DNA of 46,739 nucleotides from a virus. The stretch's first letter is position 1. The number at the start of each line of letters is the position of its first letter. Of the stretch, positions 16,459-24,144 are shown piece after piece. The translations under genes were made by a program, and so were the position numbers. The DNA lies in IMG/VR virus record IMGVR_UViG_3300002132_000029; one strand, 5' to 3'. The notes under the pieces were generated by a model. The model saw only the letters and a program-made list of their open reading frames with translations, did no database searches and was not told the DNA's origin.

Positions 16459-17072
16459 GTGAAGCAATGAAACTGCTGCAAGGTAAGTGCGGCATTACAA
16501 CAGACGGTAGCTTTGGGCCTAATACAGCAAGAGCTATTACTGCACACTATAAGTTGACACCCGAACGTGCTGCACACTTACTGGGTCAAGCCTCACACGA
16601 GAGTGGTGGGTTTAAGCTAACTAAAGAGAACCTTAACTACTCAGCAGATGTTATGTGTCGTGTCTGGCCTAGTCGATTTAAGACGGTAGAAGATGCAGCA
16701 CCATACGCTCGTAACCCTAAAGCACTAGCTGAGAGTGTTTACTTTGGCAGAATGGGGAATATTTCAAAAGAAATGGCCTCTCTCTATATTGGCAGAGGTT
16801 TTTTACAATTGACAGGCTTTGATAATCATAAAGCCTTTGCTAATGATATGAATCTCCCTGAAGCTCTAACTCATCCTGAGTTGCTTGAAGGTGAACTAGC
16901 ATTTGAGACTGCACTATGGTTCTTTGAGAAGAATAAGCTGTTTGACATTGCAGACGAAGGTGTGAACTACGACACAATCAGACGCATTACAAAACGAGTT
17001 AATGGTGGAACTCATGGCCTTGAAGACAGAGAGCTTCAAACCAACAAGATTTATGGTTGGCTAAAGAAGTAA
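16455..17072 (+). CDS. Endolysin: N-terminal peptidoglycan-binding repeat plus GH19 (chitinase-like) lysozyme domain
   Basis: LQGKCGITTDGSFGPNTARAI is PG_binding-like. HLLGQASHESGGF ... GRGFLQLTGFDNHKAF are GH19 catalytic-region motifs. Last gene before the terminator. Confidence 0.85.
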   Translation: MSEAMKLLQGKCGITTDGSFGPNTARAITAHYKLTPERAAHLLGQASHESGGFKLTKENLNYSADVMCRVWPSRFKTVEDAAPYARNPKALAESVYFGRMGNISKEMASLYIGRGFLQLTGFDNHKAFANDMNLPEALTHPELLEGELAFETALWFFEKNKLFDIADEGVNYDTIRRITKRVNGGTHGLEDRELQTNKIYGWLKK

Positions 17073-17094
17073 CCCTAGTTTAGAATAAAGTAAA

Positions 17095-17129
17095 CCCCTG
17101 AATCCTTAATTGGACTCAGGGGCTTTTTC
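17095..17129. terminator. Bidirectional rho-independent terminator between the convergent late and leftward blocks
   Basis: CCCCTGAATCC-TTAATT-GGACTCAGGGG (one mismatch) followed by CTTTTT. An A-rich run upstream serves the opposite strand. Confidence 0.65.
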
Positions 17130-17133
17130 ATGT

Positions 17134-17412
17134 CTAATTCTTATTCATAGTCTTCACTAGTCGTTCAAGATACCATTGGGACTTCTTTAAGTCCTCTAGT
17201 CCATTCTTGTAACGCCATCGGTGTAGGTACTTAGCTATATTCCCACGGAGGTATCCTATAAACTCTTCATGGGTAAGGAAGTCTTCTAAGTAGTCAATGC
17301 ACTCAATCTTACCTTGACCATAGTGTGCTGGATGGTTTACGTTATCAGCTTTATTGTCGTATTCGTGTTGTTTAATTTCCCATTTAGCCATTCTATATAC
17401 CCTCACTTTCAA
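17134..17412 (-). CDS. DUF3310-family protein
   Basis: 92 aa. NHPAHYGQGKIECIDYLE ... KYLHRWRYKNG..DLKK matches the conserved DUF3310 pattern. Confidence 0.7.
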   Translation of the reverse strand: MKVRVYRMAKWEIKQHEYDNKADNVNHPAHYGQGKIECIDYLEDFLTHEEFIGYLRGNIAKYLHRWRYKNGLEDLKKSQWYLERLVKTMNKN

Positions 17413-18100
17413 ATGCTATAATCCATTCACGACAAATATCACTACGGACAATATCCTCTATTTGGAACTCAATGATAGGAATGTCAATAGCGTGTTTCTT
17501 AGCCAAGTGAATAATCTTAGATAGTCCTGATTGCTCCTTAATATCCGATTGTTTAATGTCGCCGTTAACAACAACCTTACAGTTCTTACCAATCCTAGTC
17601 AGAAACATCTTAATCTCAGCAATGTTAGTGTTCTGACTTTCGTCTAGTATAATGAAGGCATCCTTGAAGCTACGACCCCTCATGGTAGATAGTGGGGCTA
17701 ACTCAATGTTGCCATTCTTCATGCCTGTTTCCACTACACCCTTACCTAGTTGTTCGTTTAAGACCTCTAGGATAGGCATAGCCCAAGGTGCAAACTTCTC
17801 CTCAAGTGACCCACGAAAATAGCCTAAATCCTTTCCTACAGACACGTTAGGTCTAGTGATGATGATACGATCAATCTGTCGCATCAGGTACATATTAGCT
17901 GCAATGGTAGCTGCAATGTAAGACTTACCAGTACCACTATAGCCGCAGCCTATCACCTGATCGGATTGTTGTATCGCTTTAATGTACTCAGCCTGTCGAT
18001 CATTCAGTGGAAGTAATGAAACTAGTTTTGTTGCTCCTTCTTCGTCTGCGCCTTTATACTTTGTAGTTCTCTTAGACCGTTTGATAGGTTCTTGTAACAC
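17393..18100 (-). CDS. phoH: PhoH-like ATPase
   Basis: 235 aa. Walker A GYSGTGKSY. ITRP..., ILDESQN and LTRIG... motifs are typical of PhoH. Apparent GTG start. Confidence 0.85.
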   Translation of the reverse strand: MLQEPIKRSKRTTKYKGADEEGATKLVSLLPLNDRQAEYIKAIQQSDQVIGCGYSGTGKSYIAATIAANMYLMRQIDRIIITRPNVSVGKDLGYFRGSLEEKFAPWAMPILEVLNEQLGKGVVETGMKNGNIELAPLSTMRGRSFKDAFIILDESQNTNIAEIKMFLTRIGKNCKVVVNGDIKQSDIKEQSGLSKIIHLAKKHAIDIPIIEFQIEDIVRSDICREWIIAFESEGI

Positions 18101-18527
18101 AGATTAACTCCGCTTCAATATAAGGAATGTGAAAGAACTCTTCGCCCTTCATAATATTACGACCTTTAGCTGTAGCAAGTGATTCTTGGGTTAATTGTGA
18201 ACCCTTAATGTACCAACATTGTGACAAATCACTGGAGAATACATAAAAGTTTACTTTCCCATCGTACTTCTTAAGTAGCCTAGATTTACGTTCAGGTATC
18301 CTGATCTCTGTCCATTCGGGTGGCCAATCTTTAGTCCAAGCACGTTTAACTTCAGCTTCGTTATGATATGTAATACCATCCTTAATTGATACAACATCAG
18401 CATAGAAGTTCTCTTTAACCTCTTGTACCTCATGTCCAGCTTCTTCAAGTAAAGTAATTAAAGCGGATTTAGCTGAGTTGTCATGCTTGTCGTATAAAGC
18501 TCTGCTGAAAGGTTTACGAATTGCCAT
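18072..18527 (-). CDS. Hypothetical protein, possible PD-(D/E)XK nuclease fold
   Basis: 151 aa. ATG with AAGGAAA RBS. The YADVV ... NEAEVK spacing resembles a D...E-x-K motif; this is weak evidence. Confidence 0.5.
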   Translation of the reverse strand: MAIRKPFSRALYDKHDNSAKSALITLLEEAGHEVQEVKENFYADVVSIKDGITYHNEAEVKRAWTKDWPPEWTEIRIPERKSRLLKKYDGKVNFYVFSSDLSQCWYIKGSQLTQESLATAKGRNIMKGEEFFHIPYIEAELICVTRTYQTV

Positions 18528-18577
18528 TAGTTTTCCTTATTTGTTAAGCAGTTTAGCCACTTGCTTAGGTGGTGGTG

Positions 18578-20482
18578 TTACGTTAAGTCAACCATCTCAC
18601 AGGAACCGCCAGCACAAGCGAAGGTACTAGTTCCCTTAGAGGTGTCTTCCGTTTCATACTCTGATAGTCTTGCCCAATCAATACGCTCAGGCATTACAGA
18701 CAGTAGCGTCTCATAGTCATGCTTACCTACCTCTTGATATGGTGCTTGTTGGTAACTGTGATCTGAGTGTGGTAAGAATGACACACCTGACACTTCATCA
18801 AAGTTCTTGTAGACCCAAGCTCCCACTTCCATCCATTCATTATCCTTGACTGTGATGGTTACTGATGGCTTGTGTTCACACCAGTGACGTTGGTAGGTCA
18901 TCCATAGCTCTAGTTGTTCCAAGGCAGTCATGTCATTACGGGTAACAGCTTGCCTTGGTGACATCTGTGGGAAGCTAAAGACTGTAGTGCTATCAGGTTT
19001 CATAACACAAGGTTCAGCAGGGATACCTTGGTCAATCATAAACTGAGTTAGAGGGTCTTTGTTATCACCACGAACAGTCCGAATATAATAGGCTGAGTGA
19101 CGAGCATGTATTCCAGAAGCCGAATCAACAAGTTGTGAAACCGTACCTGAAGGTTTAACACAGGTGATAGCAGTACTAGCAGGAATATTAAGGCGTTCAG
19201 CCCACTCAGCGTTAGTAGCAATAGCAACATTTTTTAGATGCTCCAATAGTTTCTCTAAGCCAGCATTAGCATGGGTCATTAGCCTGTTGTCCATGATACC
19301 TGTTAAGCTAACACCTAACAGACGCTCTTCTTCAGTATTGGTCTGCCAAACCTTACGTAGATAAGGGAAGTGAGTAAGTGTTGACTGAATAGTACCAATG
19401 ATAGCAGCTAGTCGGACTTTTCGTTCAAGGTCGATGATTGTGTCTGTTGCTCTGACGACAACTTCTGAGAGGTTGCAGAACTGGTTTGGTCGTAAAATGA
19501 TCTCCGAACAGGGATTCGTTCCGAACTCATAGTCAACATTTCTTCGACCACTTTTAGCTGCTTGTTTGCGAGATGCAACCCTACTAAATATCCCACGTTC
19601 ACCAGACTTAGACTTAACCAAAGAAGTCCACTCTGCGAGAAAAGTTTCCATGTCAGGGCGTTCAGTATAAGCAACACTATTGTTAGCCAAAGCACGTTGG
19701 CCTTCATGTTCCCACCAGTTACCAGATTTAGCATTCCGCATCCTATCATCAGACAAGTTAGACAAAGAGATCATAGCTGAACGGCGTACACCACCAACTA
19801 CAACTACTTCACCGATCTTACACATAAGGTCATGGCACTCAATAGAGGAGAGCTTACGACCCTTAGCGTTGGTAAAGGTATTAACGACGAAGTTAAACAA
19901 GTCAACCAATGGTGCAGGGCCTGATGCACGGCCACCAAAGGTCTTAAGTTTAGCTCCCGCTGGACGAACTAATGATACATCCCAAGCTGGAATCTCACCA
20001 GCATACAACAAAGCAATAAGTTGACGTAGACCTTTAGCCCAACCACCCTTGCTATCTTTAACAACGATTACTGTATCGCTTTTAAACATAAGCTCAGGAA
20101 CTTCTGGTAGCTTAGATACGTACTGACGTTCAACGGAGAACCCAACGCCTGTACCACATAGCAGGATGTACATAGCCTCATCAAACGACTTAAGGTCGTC
20201 TACAGGCAAGTAAGCACAGTTATAGCCTGATGTGTTGTCACGAGCTAAGGCTGGCCCAGCGGTCATTACAGAGCGCATAGAGGGCATAACCTCTAGGTTA
20301 AGCATAGCAAATAGGATGTCATCCTCTGTACGTACATCAGCTTTGCCCCTGACCACATTAGCAATGAAACGCTCCACTGTCTCACGCCAATTCTCACGGC
20401 GGTTCTCATCATTTAGCCATCGTGCATACCGTGAGGTAGCGATGAATGATTGATAGTCTGTGGGTAAATAGTTGCTAGTCAT
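18578..20482 (-). CDS. nrdJ: Ribonucleotide reductase, class II (adenosylcobalamin-dependent) type
   Basis: 634 aa. Catalytic FGTNPCSEI, downstream CNLSEV, and a C-terminal Cys pair CAGGSCE. Length and N-terminus are typical of phage monomeric class II RNR. Confidence 0.8.
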   Translation of the reverse strand: MTSNYLPTDYQSFIATSRYARWLNDENRRENWRETVERFIANVVRGKADVRTEDDILFAMLNLEVMPSMRSVMTAGPALARDNTSGYNCAYLPVDDLKSFDEAMYILLCGTGVGFSVERQYVSKLPEVPELMFKSDTVIVVKDSKGGWAKGLRQLIALLYAGEIPAWDVSLVRPAGAKLKTFGGRASGPAPLVDLFNFVVNTFTNAKGRKLSSIECHDLMCKIGEVVVVGGVRRSAMISLSNLSDDRMRNAKSGNWWEHEGQRALANNSVAYTERPDMETFLAEWTSLVKSKSGERGIFSRVASRKQAAKSGRRNVDYEFGTNPCSEIILRPNQFCNLSEVVVRATDTIIDLERKVRLAAIIGTIQSTLTHFPYLRKVWQTNTEEERLLGVSLTGIMDNRLMTHANAGLEKLLEHLKNVAIATNAEWAERLNIPASTAITCVKPSGTVSQLVDSASGIHARHSAYYIRTVRGDNKDPLTQFMIDQGIPAEPCVMKPDSTTVFSFPQMSPRQAVTRNDMTALEQLELWMTYQRHWCEHKPSVTITVKDNEWMEVGAWVYKNFDEVSGVSFLPHSDHSYQQAPYQEVGKHDYETLLSVMPERIDWARLSEYETEDTSKGTSTFACAGGSCEMVDLT

Positions 20483-20697
20483 TTATTGTATTTCTCCAAG
20501 TCGTCTTCACGAAAGATCAAGTCTACGATTTCATTGCGGTTAATGCCAATATCTTTTAACTCACGGTCTGTTAAAGAGTATAGGTACTTAATAGTCTCAC
20601 GGTGTCTGTGCCAAGTAGCTGCATAACGTAAGAACCTAACGACACAGTTCTCAAAGACTAGCTTCCTAATTTGTTTATAGGTCATCCTGCGCTCCAA
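20479..20697 (-). CDS. DUF1127-domain small protein
   Basis: 72 aa. LYSLTDRELKDIGINRNEI matches the DUF1127 signature. ATGA overlap with the RNR start. Confidence 0.6.
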   Translation of the reverse strand: MERRMTYKQIRKLVFENCVVRFLRYAATWHRHRETIKYLYSLTDRELKDIGINRNEIVDLIFREDDLEKYNK

Positions 20698-20906
20698 GCA
20701 TTATATTTATGTTTTATTACAGTACCATCTAAGTAGTGCATCTCTGATTTATAAAGCTCTCCCCAACGTGAGCGTTCTTCGTAGCTACTTTCAAACCCAT
20801 CTTCTGTGTCAAAGTGCATTTGCCAAGTTTCCATAGGATTTGCACAAAACAAGACCCATCTAACAGGTTTGTCGGTGCGTACCTTCTTTTTTATTACTTT
20901 TGTCAC
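20682..20906 (-). CDS. Hypothetical protein
   Basis: 74-aa ORF with overlapping neighbours in an operon-like arrangement. Confidence 0.5.
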   Translation of the reverse strand: MTKVIKKKVRTDKPVRWVLFCANPMETWQMHFDTEDGFESSYEERSRWGELYKSEMHYLDGTVIKHKYNAWSAG

Positions 20907-21271
20907 CTGTAGTCTCCATTTCCAGCAATCTTGCCCTCTTTCTTACGTTTATCTAGCTTATCAAGGTTCTCTTTAGCAATGTCACTTAGGCTTATATTTA
21001 AGTCACGGGCTAATGCTGCAATGTACCATAGGCAATCACCTAGTTCTGCTGCAATACCACCACGATCAAAAGCATTATCTCTAATGATCTTTTTAACCTT
21101 GTTAGCCACTTCCCCAGCTTCACCCGCTAAACCCAGTGCTGGGTACAAGATAGCTGCTGTTGAGGGGTAGATAGCTGTTGCTGAGGCTTTATTTTGGTAT
21201 TGATCAAGTGTCAGTTTCCCATCTAGGGTACTGTAGTAATCAAATCCCATCATATCTTCTGGACTAATCAT
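20903..21271 (-). CDS. mazG: MazG-like nucleotide pyrophosphohydrolase
   Basis: 122 aa. LGLAGEAGEVANKVKK ... ELGDCLWYIAALA ... NLDKLDKRKKEGKIAGNGDYR is the canonical MazG core. Confidence 0.85.
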   Translation of the reverse strand: MISPEDMMGFDYYSTLDGKLTLDQYQNKASATAIYPSTAAILYPALGLAGEAGEVANKVKKIIRDNAFDRGGIAAELGDCLWYIAALARDLNISLSDIAKENLDKLDKRKKEGKIAGNGDYR

Positions 21272-21813
21272 TTCACAGACCTTCCATAAAACTCTGTTTG
21301 TTTCGTTTTAAAGGCATCAAATAGATACCAAGCGCAATTGTCTTTACCTGTCATCTTACTGTCTTCAATCCACTTGACACGACCAACAGATACAACCTTA
21401 GCACAGTATGTCATGTAGACTGCTGATTGCCTAGTGTGCGCCCAGTCAGCATCAAATAGCAACCATGTAGGACAAAGGTTAATCCAGTGGTCTAGAAACT
21501 CATGTAAGAACACACGTTCCCACGGTGGGTTAGTAATACAGTAGTCGAAGGGTTGGTCATCTCCAAAAGATAAGGTCAAGGCATCTGCTTCCATTATGTC
21601 GTCAGCTTGTGGGCTAATATCAGACATAAAGAGGCATTCGCCATGACCTTCAGTTAGTGTATTAAGGTGATCAACTAGCCTACCGTCTCCAGCACAAGGT
21701 TCAATATAATCGAAACTATAGGGTAGATGATCAATTAGTGGTTCAACAGCAGCTAGTGGTGTTGGGTAGTAATCTCTTGGTAGTCTTTCAAAGTTACTCC
21801 TCTTCCCCATCAT
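21268..21813 (-). CDS. DNA methyltransferase (amino-MTase, probably N6-adenine)
   Basis: 181 aa. AdoMet motif IEPCAGDGRL, then catalytic ITNPPW. No adjacent restriction gene. Confidence 0.7.
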   Translation of the reverse strand: MMGKRSNFERLPRDYYPTPLAAVEPLIDHLPYSFDYIEPCAGDGRLVDHLNTLTEGHGECLFMSDISPQADDIMEADALTLSFGDDQPFDYCITNPPWERVFLHEFLDHWINLCPTWLLFDADWAHTRQSAVYMTYCAKVVSVGRVKWIEDSKMTGKDNCAWYLFDAFKTKQTEFYGRSVK

Positions 21814-22015
21814 TTACCTCTAACGGTTCAATGTTCTGCTCAAAGTACTTAATGACTGCAAGAGCTTCGTCTAGTGTTTCATACCAGAAGTTAGCTGTCC
21901 CGACCTTACCGTCTTCCTCAATCTTAACGACAAGCATAAAGTTAAAGTTTTCCTCTATGTCGTATTTTTCAAACTCATCTTCAGGGAAGTCTTCACGAGC
22001 ATAAGGGCCATCCAT
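21794..22015 (-). CDS. Hypothetical acidic protein (73 aa; internal start chosen)
   Basis: The upstream part of the track ORF 21794..22210 overlaps the better ORF 22035..22229. MDGPYAREDFPEDEFEKYD... looks protein-like. The RBS is weak. Confidence 0.4.
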   Translation of the reverse strand: MDGPYAREDFPEDEFEKYDIEENFNFMLVVKIEEDGKVGTANFWYETLDEALAVIKYFEQNIEPLEVNDGEEE

Positions 22016-22034
22016 GACACACCAAATTAAAGTC

Positions 22035-22229
22035 TTACTTTTCGTCTTTGTCGTGTCTTCCAGCCCAATGTCCATCGTCCCAAGACTTTTGGCAAGCATC
22101 CTTAGCTTCTCGCTTAATCTCAGCAATAATAGCCCAAATGCGTTCTGCATCTTCATGTTCGTCGATCTCCTGTGGGCTAAACGGACTTCGGTTTGTTTGC
22201 CTTGTCTCAACTGCGTTTAGATACTTCAT
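22035..22229 (-). CDS. Hypothetical protein (64 aa; internal start MKYLNAVE)
   Basis: ATG 22229 lies near the end of the endonuclease gene. The upstream part of the track ORF runs inside the endonuclease I gene in another frame. Confidence 0.4.
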   Translation of the reverse strand: MKYLNAVETRQTNRSPFSPQEIDEHEDAERIWAIIAEIKREAKDACQKSWDDGHWAGRHDKDEK

Positions 22230-22623
22230 TGATCCACTCCTCTGGGATAAGTTTATCTGCAAAGAGAAAACCATTCTTATTACACCAATCAGCATAGGTT
22301 GTCTTAGAACCTTTACTAATCTTAGCTTTAGAGTTAGAGAAGACAAACCTTATATCAAGGTCTGGATGTTGCTTTTGAACATATAAATGCTTCTTTCGAT
22401 CAGCTACAACAAATCTACCCTTACTTTCAATGATAATCCCATTTGGTAAAATAAAGTCGGGAGTATAAGTATGTAAAGTTTCGGGTACTGTGTACTTAAT
22501 CTTGAAGGTTTCATATTCAAAAGCAACACCAGCCTCTTTTAGTTGGTCAGAGATTTTATCCTCTAACCCTGAGCGATAGCCACGGGTGGTTGCCATAGTT
22601 CGTTTTCTTGTCGTCTTAGCCAC
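22207..22623 (-). CDS. T7 endonuclease I (gp3)-type Holliday junction resolvase
   Basis: GYRSGLEDKISDQLKEAGVAFEYE...HTYTPDFILPNGIIIESKG...DRKKHLYVQKQHPDLDIRFVFS...ADKLIPEEWI aligns by eye along most of T7 gp3 (FRSGLEDKVSKQLE..HTYTPDFLLPNGIFVETKG..DRKKHLL..QHPELDIRIVFS..FADKLIPAEWI). The start could instead be Met10 (22596). Confidence 0.9.
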   Translation of the reverse strand: MAKTTRKRTMATTRGYRSGLEDKISDQLKEAGVAFEYETFKIKYTVPETLHTYTPDFILPNGIIIESKGRFVVADRKKHLYVQKQHPDLDIRFVFSNSKAKISKGSKTTYADWCNKNGFLFADKLIPEEWINEVSKRS

Positions 22624-23273
22624 AATAGCCTCGCATTTTCCACTACACGGGTGGTATCACCATCATATGCTTTAACGACAGCATTCCATAGTGATATTTC
22701 ATCGGTGCAGCCTTCAAGTATTTTATCAGCTTTAACAGGGCCGATCTTAAATAAGCCAATGATGTTATCGGCTCTGTCGCCAGTAAGCATCTGAGTATAA
22801 AAGAACTTAATTCCCTCGAAGGGGTCAACTTCCTTCCAATCACCCCTATTAAAGTTAAAGTGACGACATGGTATCTGAAGCATATCTTTATCAATTGAAG
22901 CAACGATGGTTTCAGGCCCATACTTTGTTGCAGCTATTGCTATAAGATCGTCAGCTTCTTCTCCCTCGCTAACGATTGCCGCCCAATTATCTACCATATG
23001 TCCCCTCACACAAGCTAAGTGCTTAGGTTTTTCATTAGCTGCCCTATTTCCCTTGTAGGGGTAGGACTTAGCTATCTCAAAGCGAAAATTCCCAGAACCT
23101 GTCAGGAAGACTATATAGTCCGTAGGCTCTGGGAACATCACAGTTTGCTCCAGAATGTAGTGCAAGAGTTCATCTGCCTTATCTGTAGCATCCTTTGGTA
23201 GAAGGTCTTGGGTGGCAAAGGCTGCTCTATAGGCTACAATATCACCGTCGATCAGCACTTTGCCTGTTCTCAT
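22563..23273 (-). CDS. 5'-3' exonuclease / flap endonuclease (PIN-like, T7 gp6 functional position)
   Basis: 236 aa. VLIDGDIVAYRAAF N-terminal acidic motif, EADDLIA, and GDRADNIIGL helix-hairpin-like segment. Confidence 0.7.
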   Translation of the reverse strand: MRTGKVLIDGDIVAYRAAFATQDLLPKDATDKADELLHYILEQTVMFPEPTDYIVFLTGSGNFRFEIAKSYPYKGNRAANEKPKHLACVRGHMVDNWAAIVSEGEEADDLIAIAATKYGPETIVASIDKDMLQIPCRHFNFNRGDWKEVDPFEGIKFFYTQMLTGDRADNIIGLFKIGPVKADKILEGCTDEISLWNAVVKAYDGDTTRVVENARLLWLRRQENELWQPPVAIAQG

Positions 23274-23476
23274 TAGAGTTGCTCTCCCCAGATGATAACT
23301 TGATCATCCGTTAGGAAACCTACATCTTCTACGTAGCTGAAACCAGCGCCACGTAAGGCTCCTGAGATAAACTGCCCAGCGGTCTGTAAGTCTTCTACAC
23401 CGTCCCGTGAGGCGCTGCTAGAGCCATTATAGCCATCAGTGTCTTCGTCAAAGTAGAAGTCAATTGAAACCCGCAT
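23273..23476 (-). CDS. Hypothetical acidic protein
   Basis: 67-aa ORF with ATGA-type coupling to the exonuclease gene. Confidence 0.45.
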   Translation of the reverse strand: MRVSIDFYFDEDTDGYNGSSSASRDGVEDLQTAGQFISGALRGAGFSYVEDVGFLTDDQVIIWGEQL

Positions 23477-23479
23477 ATA

Positions 23480-24034
23480 TTATCCTACCATAAAGAGTTT
23501 ATCGTCTTCTGTTACAGTGTTAGTGCTTTCAAATGGAACGTGGTTAATAACACCGATATTAACTAGACGAATACCAGCACCATTAGCATAGAGTTCAAAC
23601 TGAACCTTAGCCTCAGTACCATTACCTAGTGGGCCATCTTCTGAGAAAGTCCACCAAGATTTATTATCCGTGCCATTCGTTAGATTAACAACACCAACAG
23701 GGCCACCATAATCAATTTCCACTGGCGCACCTGTCTTACGATCATTGAAAGACTTGATGTCTGAGATCATACGTTTCATCTTAACGAACTTACCAATACC
23801 AAAGGCTGGGTTACCTTCTTGGATACGTTGAGAGTTCATAGGCGCAGGATCAAGACCGTCTTTCAGAAGCTGTTCGATCTGAGCTTCATCAGTGAAGTAA
23901 GCATTAACAACATACTGGCCACCTTTAGCGAAGATAGCTTGTGCAGCACGGGGGCCATCTTCTTTGCCTCTGTCTGCGTTCTCCTCAAATACTTTTGCGT
24001 ACTCAAGAACCATGTCCATTGTGTATTTTGCCAT
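23480..24034 (-). CDS. Putative ssDNA-binding protein (T7 gp2.5 / DUF2815-like position)
   Basis: 184 aa. First gene downstream of a conserved promoter motif, between the DNA polymerase and exonuclease genes. Assignment is by position and general composition only. Confidence 0.45.
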   Translation of the reverse strand: MAKYTMDMVLEYAKVFEENADRGKEDGPRAAQAIFAKGGQYVVNAYFTDEAQIEQLLKDGLDPAPMNSQRIQEGNPAFGIGKFVKMKRMISDIKSFNDRKTGAPVEIDYGGPVGVVNLTNGTDNKSWWTFSEDGPLGNGTEAKVQFELYANGAGIRLVNIGVINHVPFESTNTVTEDDKLFMVG

Positions 24035-24086
24035 ATCGGGCTTTCCTTTTTGTTTCGTCTGCTATGCAGAACTGTTGGGGTGGTAA

Positions 24087-24122
24087 TATACTATAGGGAT
24101 ATTTTTTAGGATTTTAGACACT
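24087..24122 (-). promoter_or_regulatory. Conserved phage promoter-like motif P2 (reads GTGTCTAAAATCCTAAAAAATATCCCTATAGTATA on the minus strand)
   Basis: Differs from 35794..35828 at one position over about 35 nt. Intergenic, and oriented toward the SSB-like gene. Confidence 0.6.
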
Positions 24123-24144
24123 AAAAGTAAAATAAAGTTATCTT

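Noticed and set aside
18578-20482. Intein or intron in the RNR gene, and the several 60-114-aa ORFs on both strands inside it
   Set aside because: The 634-aa frame is continuous, with motifs in normal order and of normal length. The internal ORFs are in alternative frames without start signals.
24087-24110. T7-type single-subunit RNAP promoter (plus strand reads ACTATAGGGA, matching the T7 promoter core)
   Set aside because: In that orientation all three motif copies would fire antisense to, or away from, the adjacent genes. The genome encodes no single-subunit RNA polymerase. The opposite orientation is co-directional with downstream genes in all three cases.
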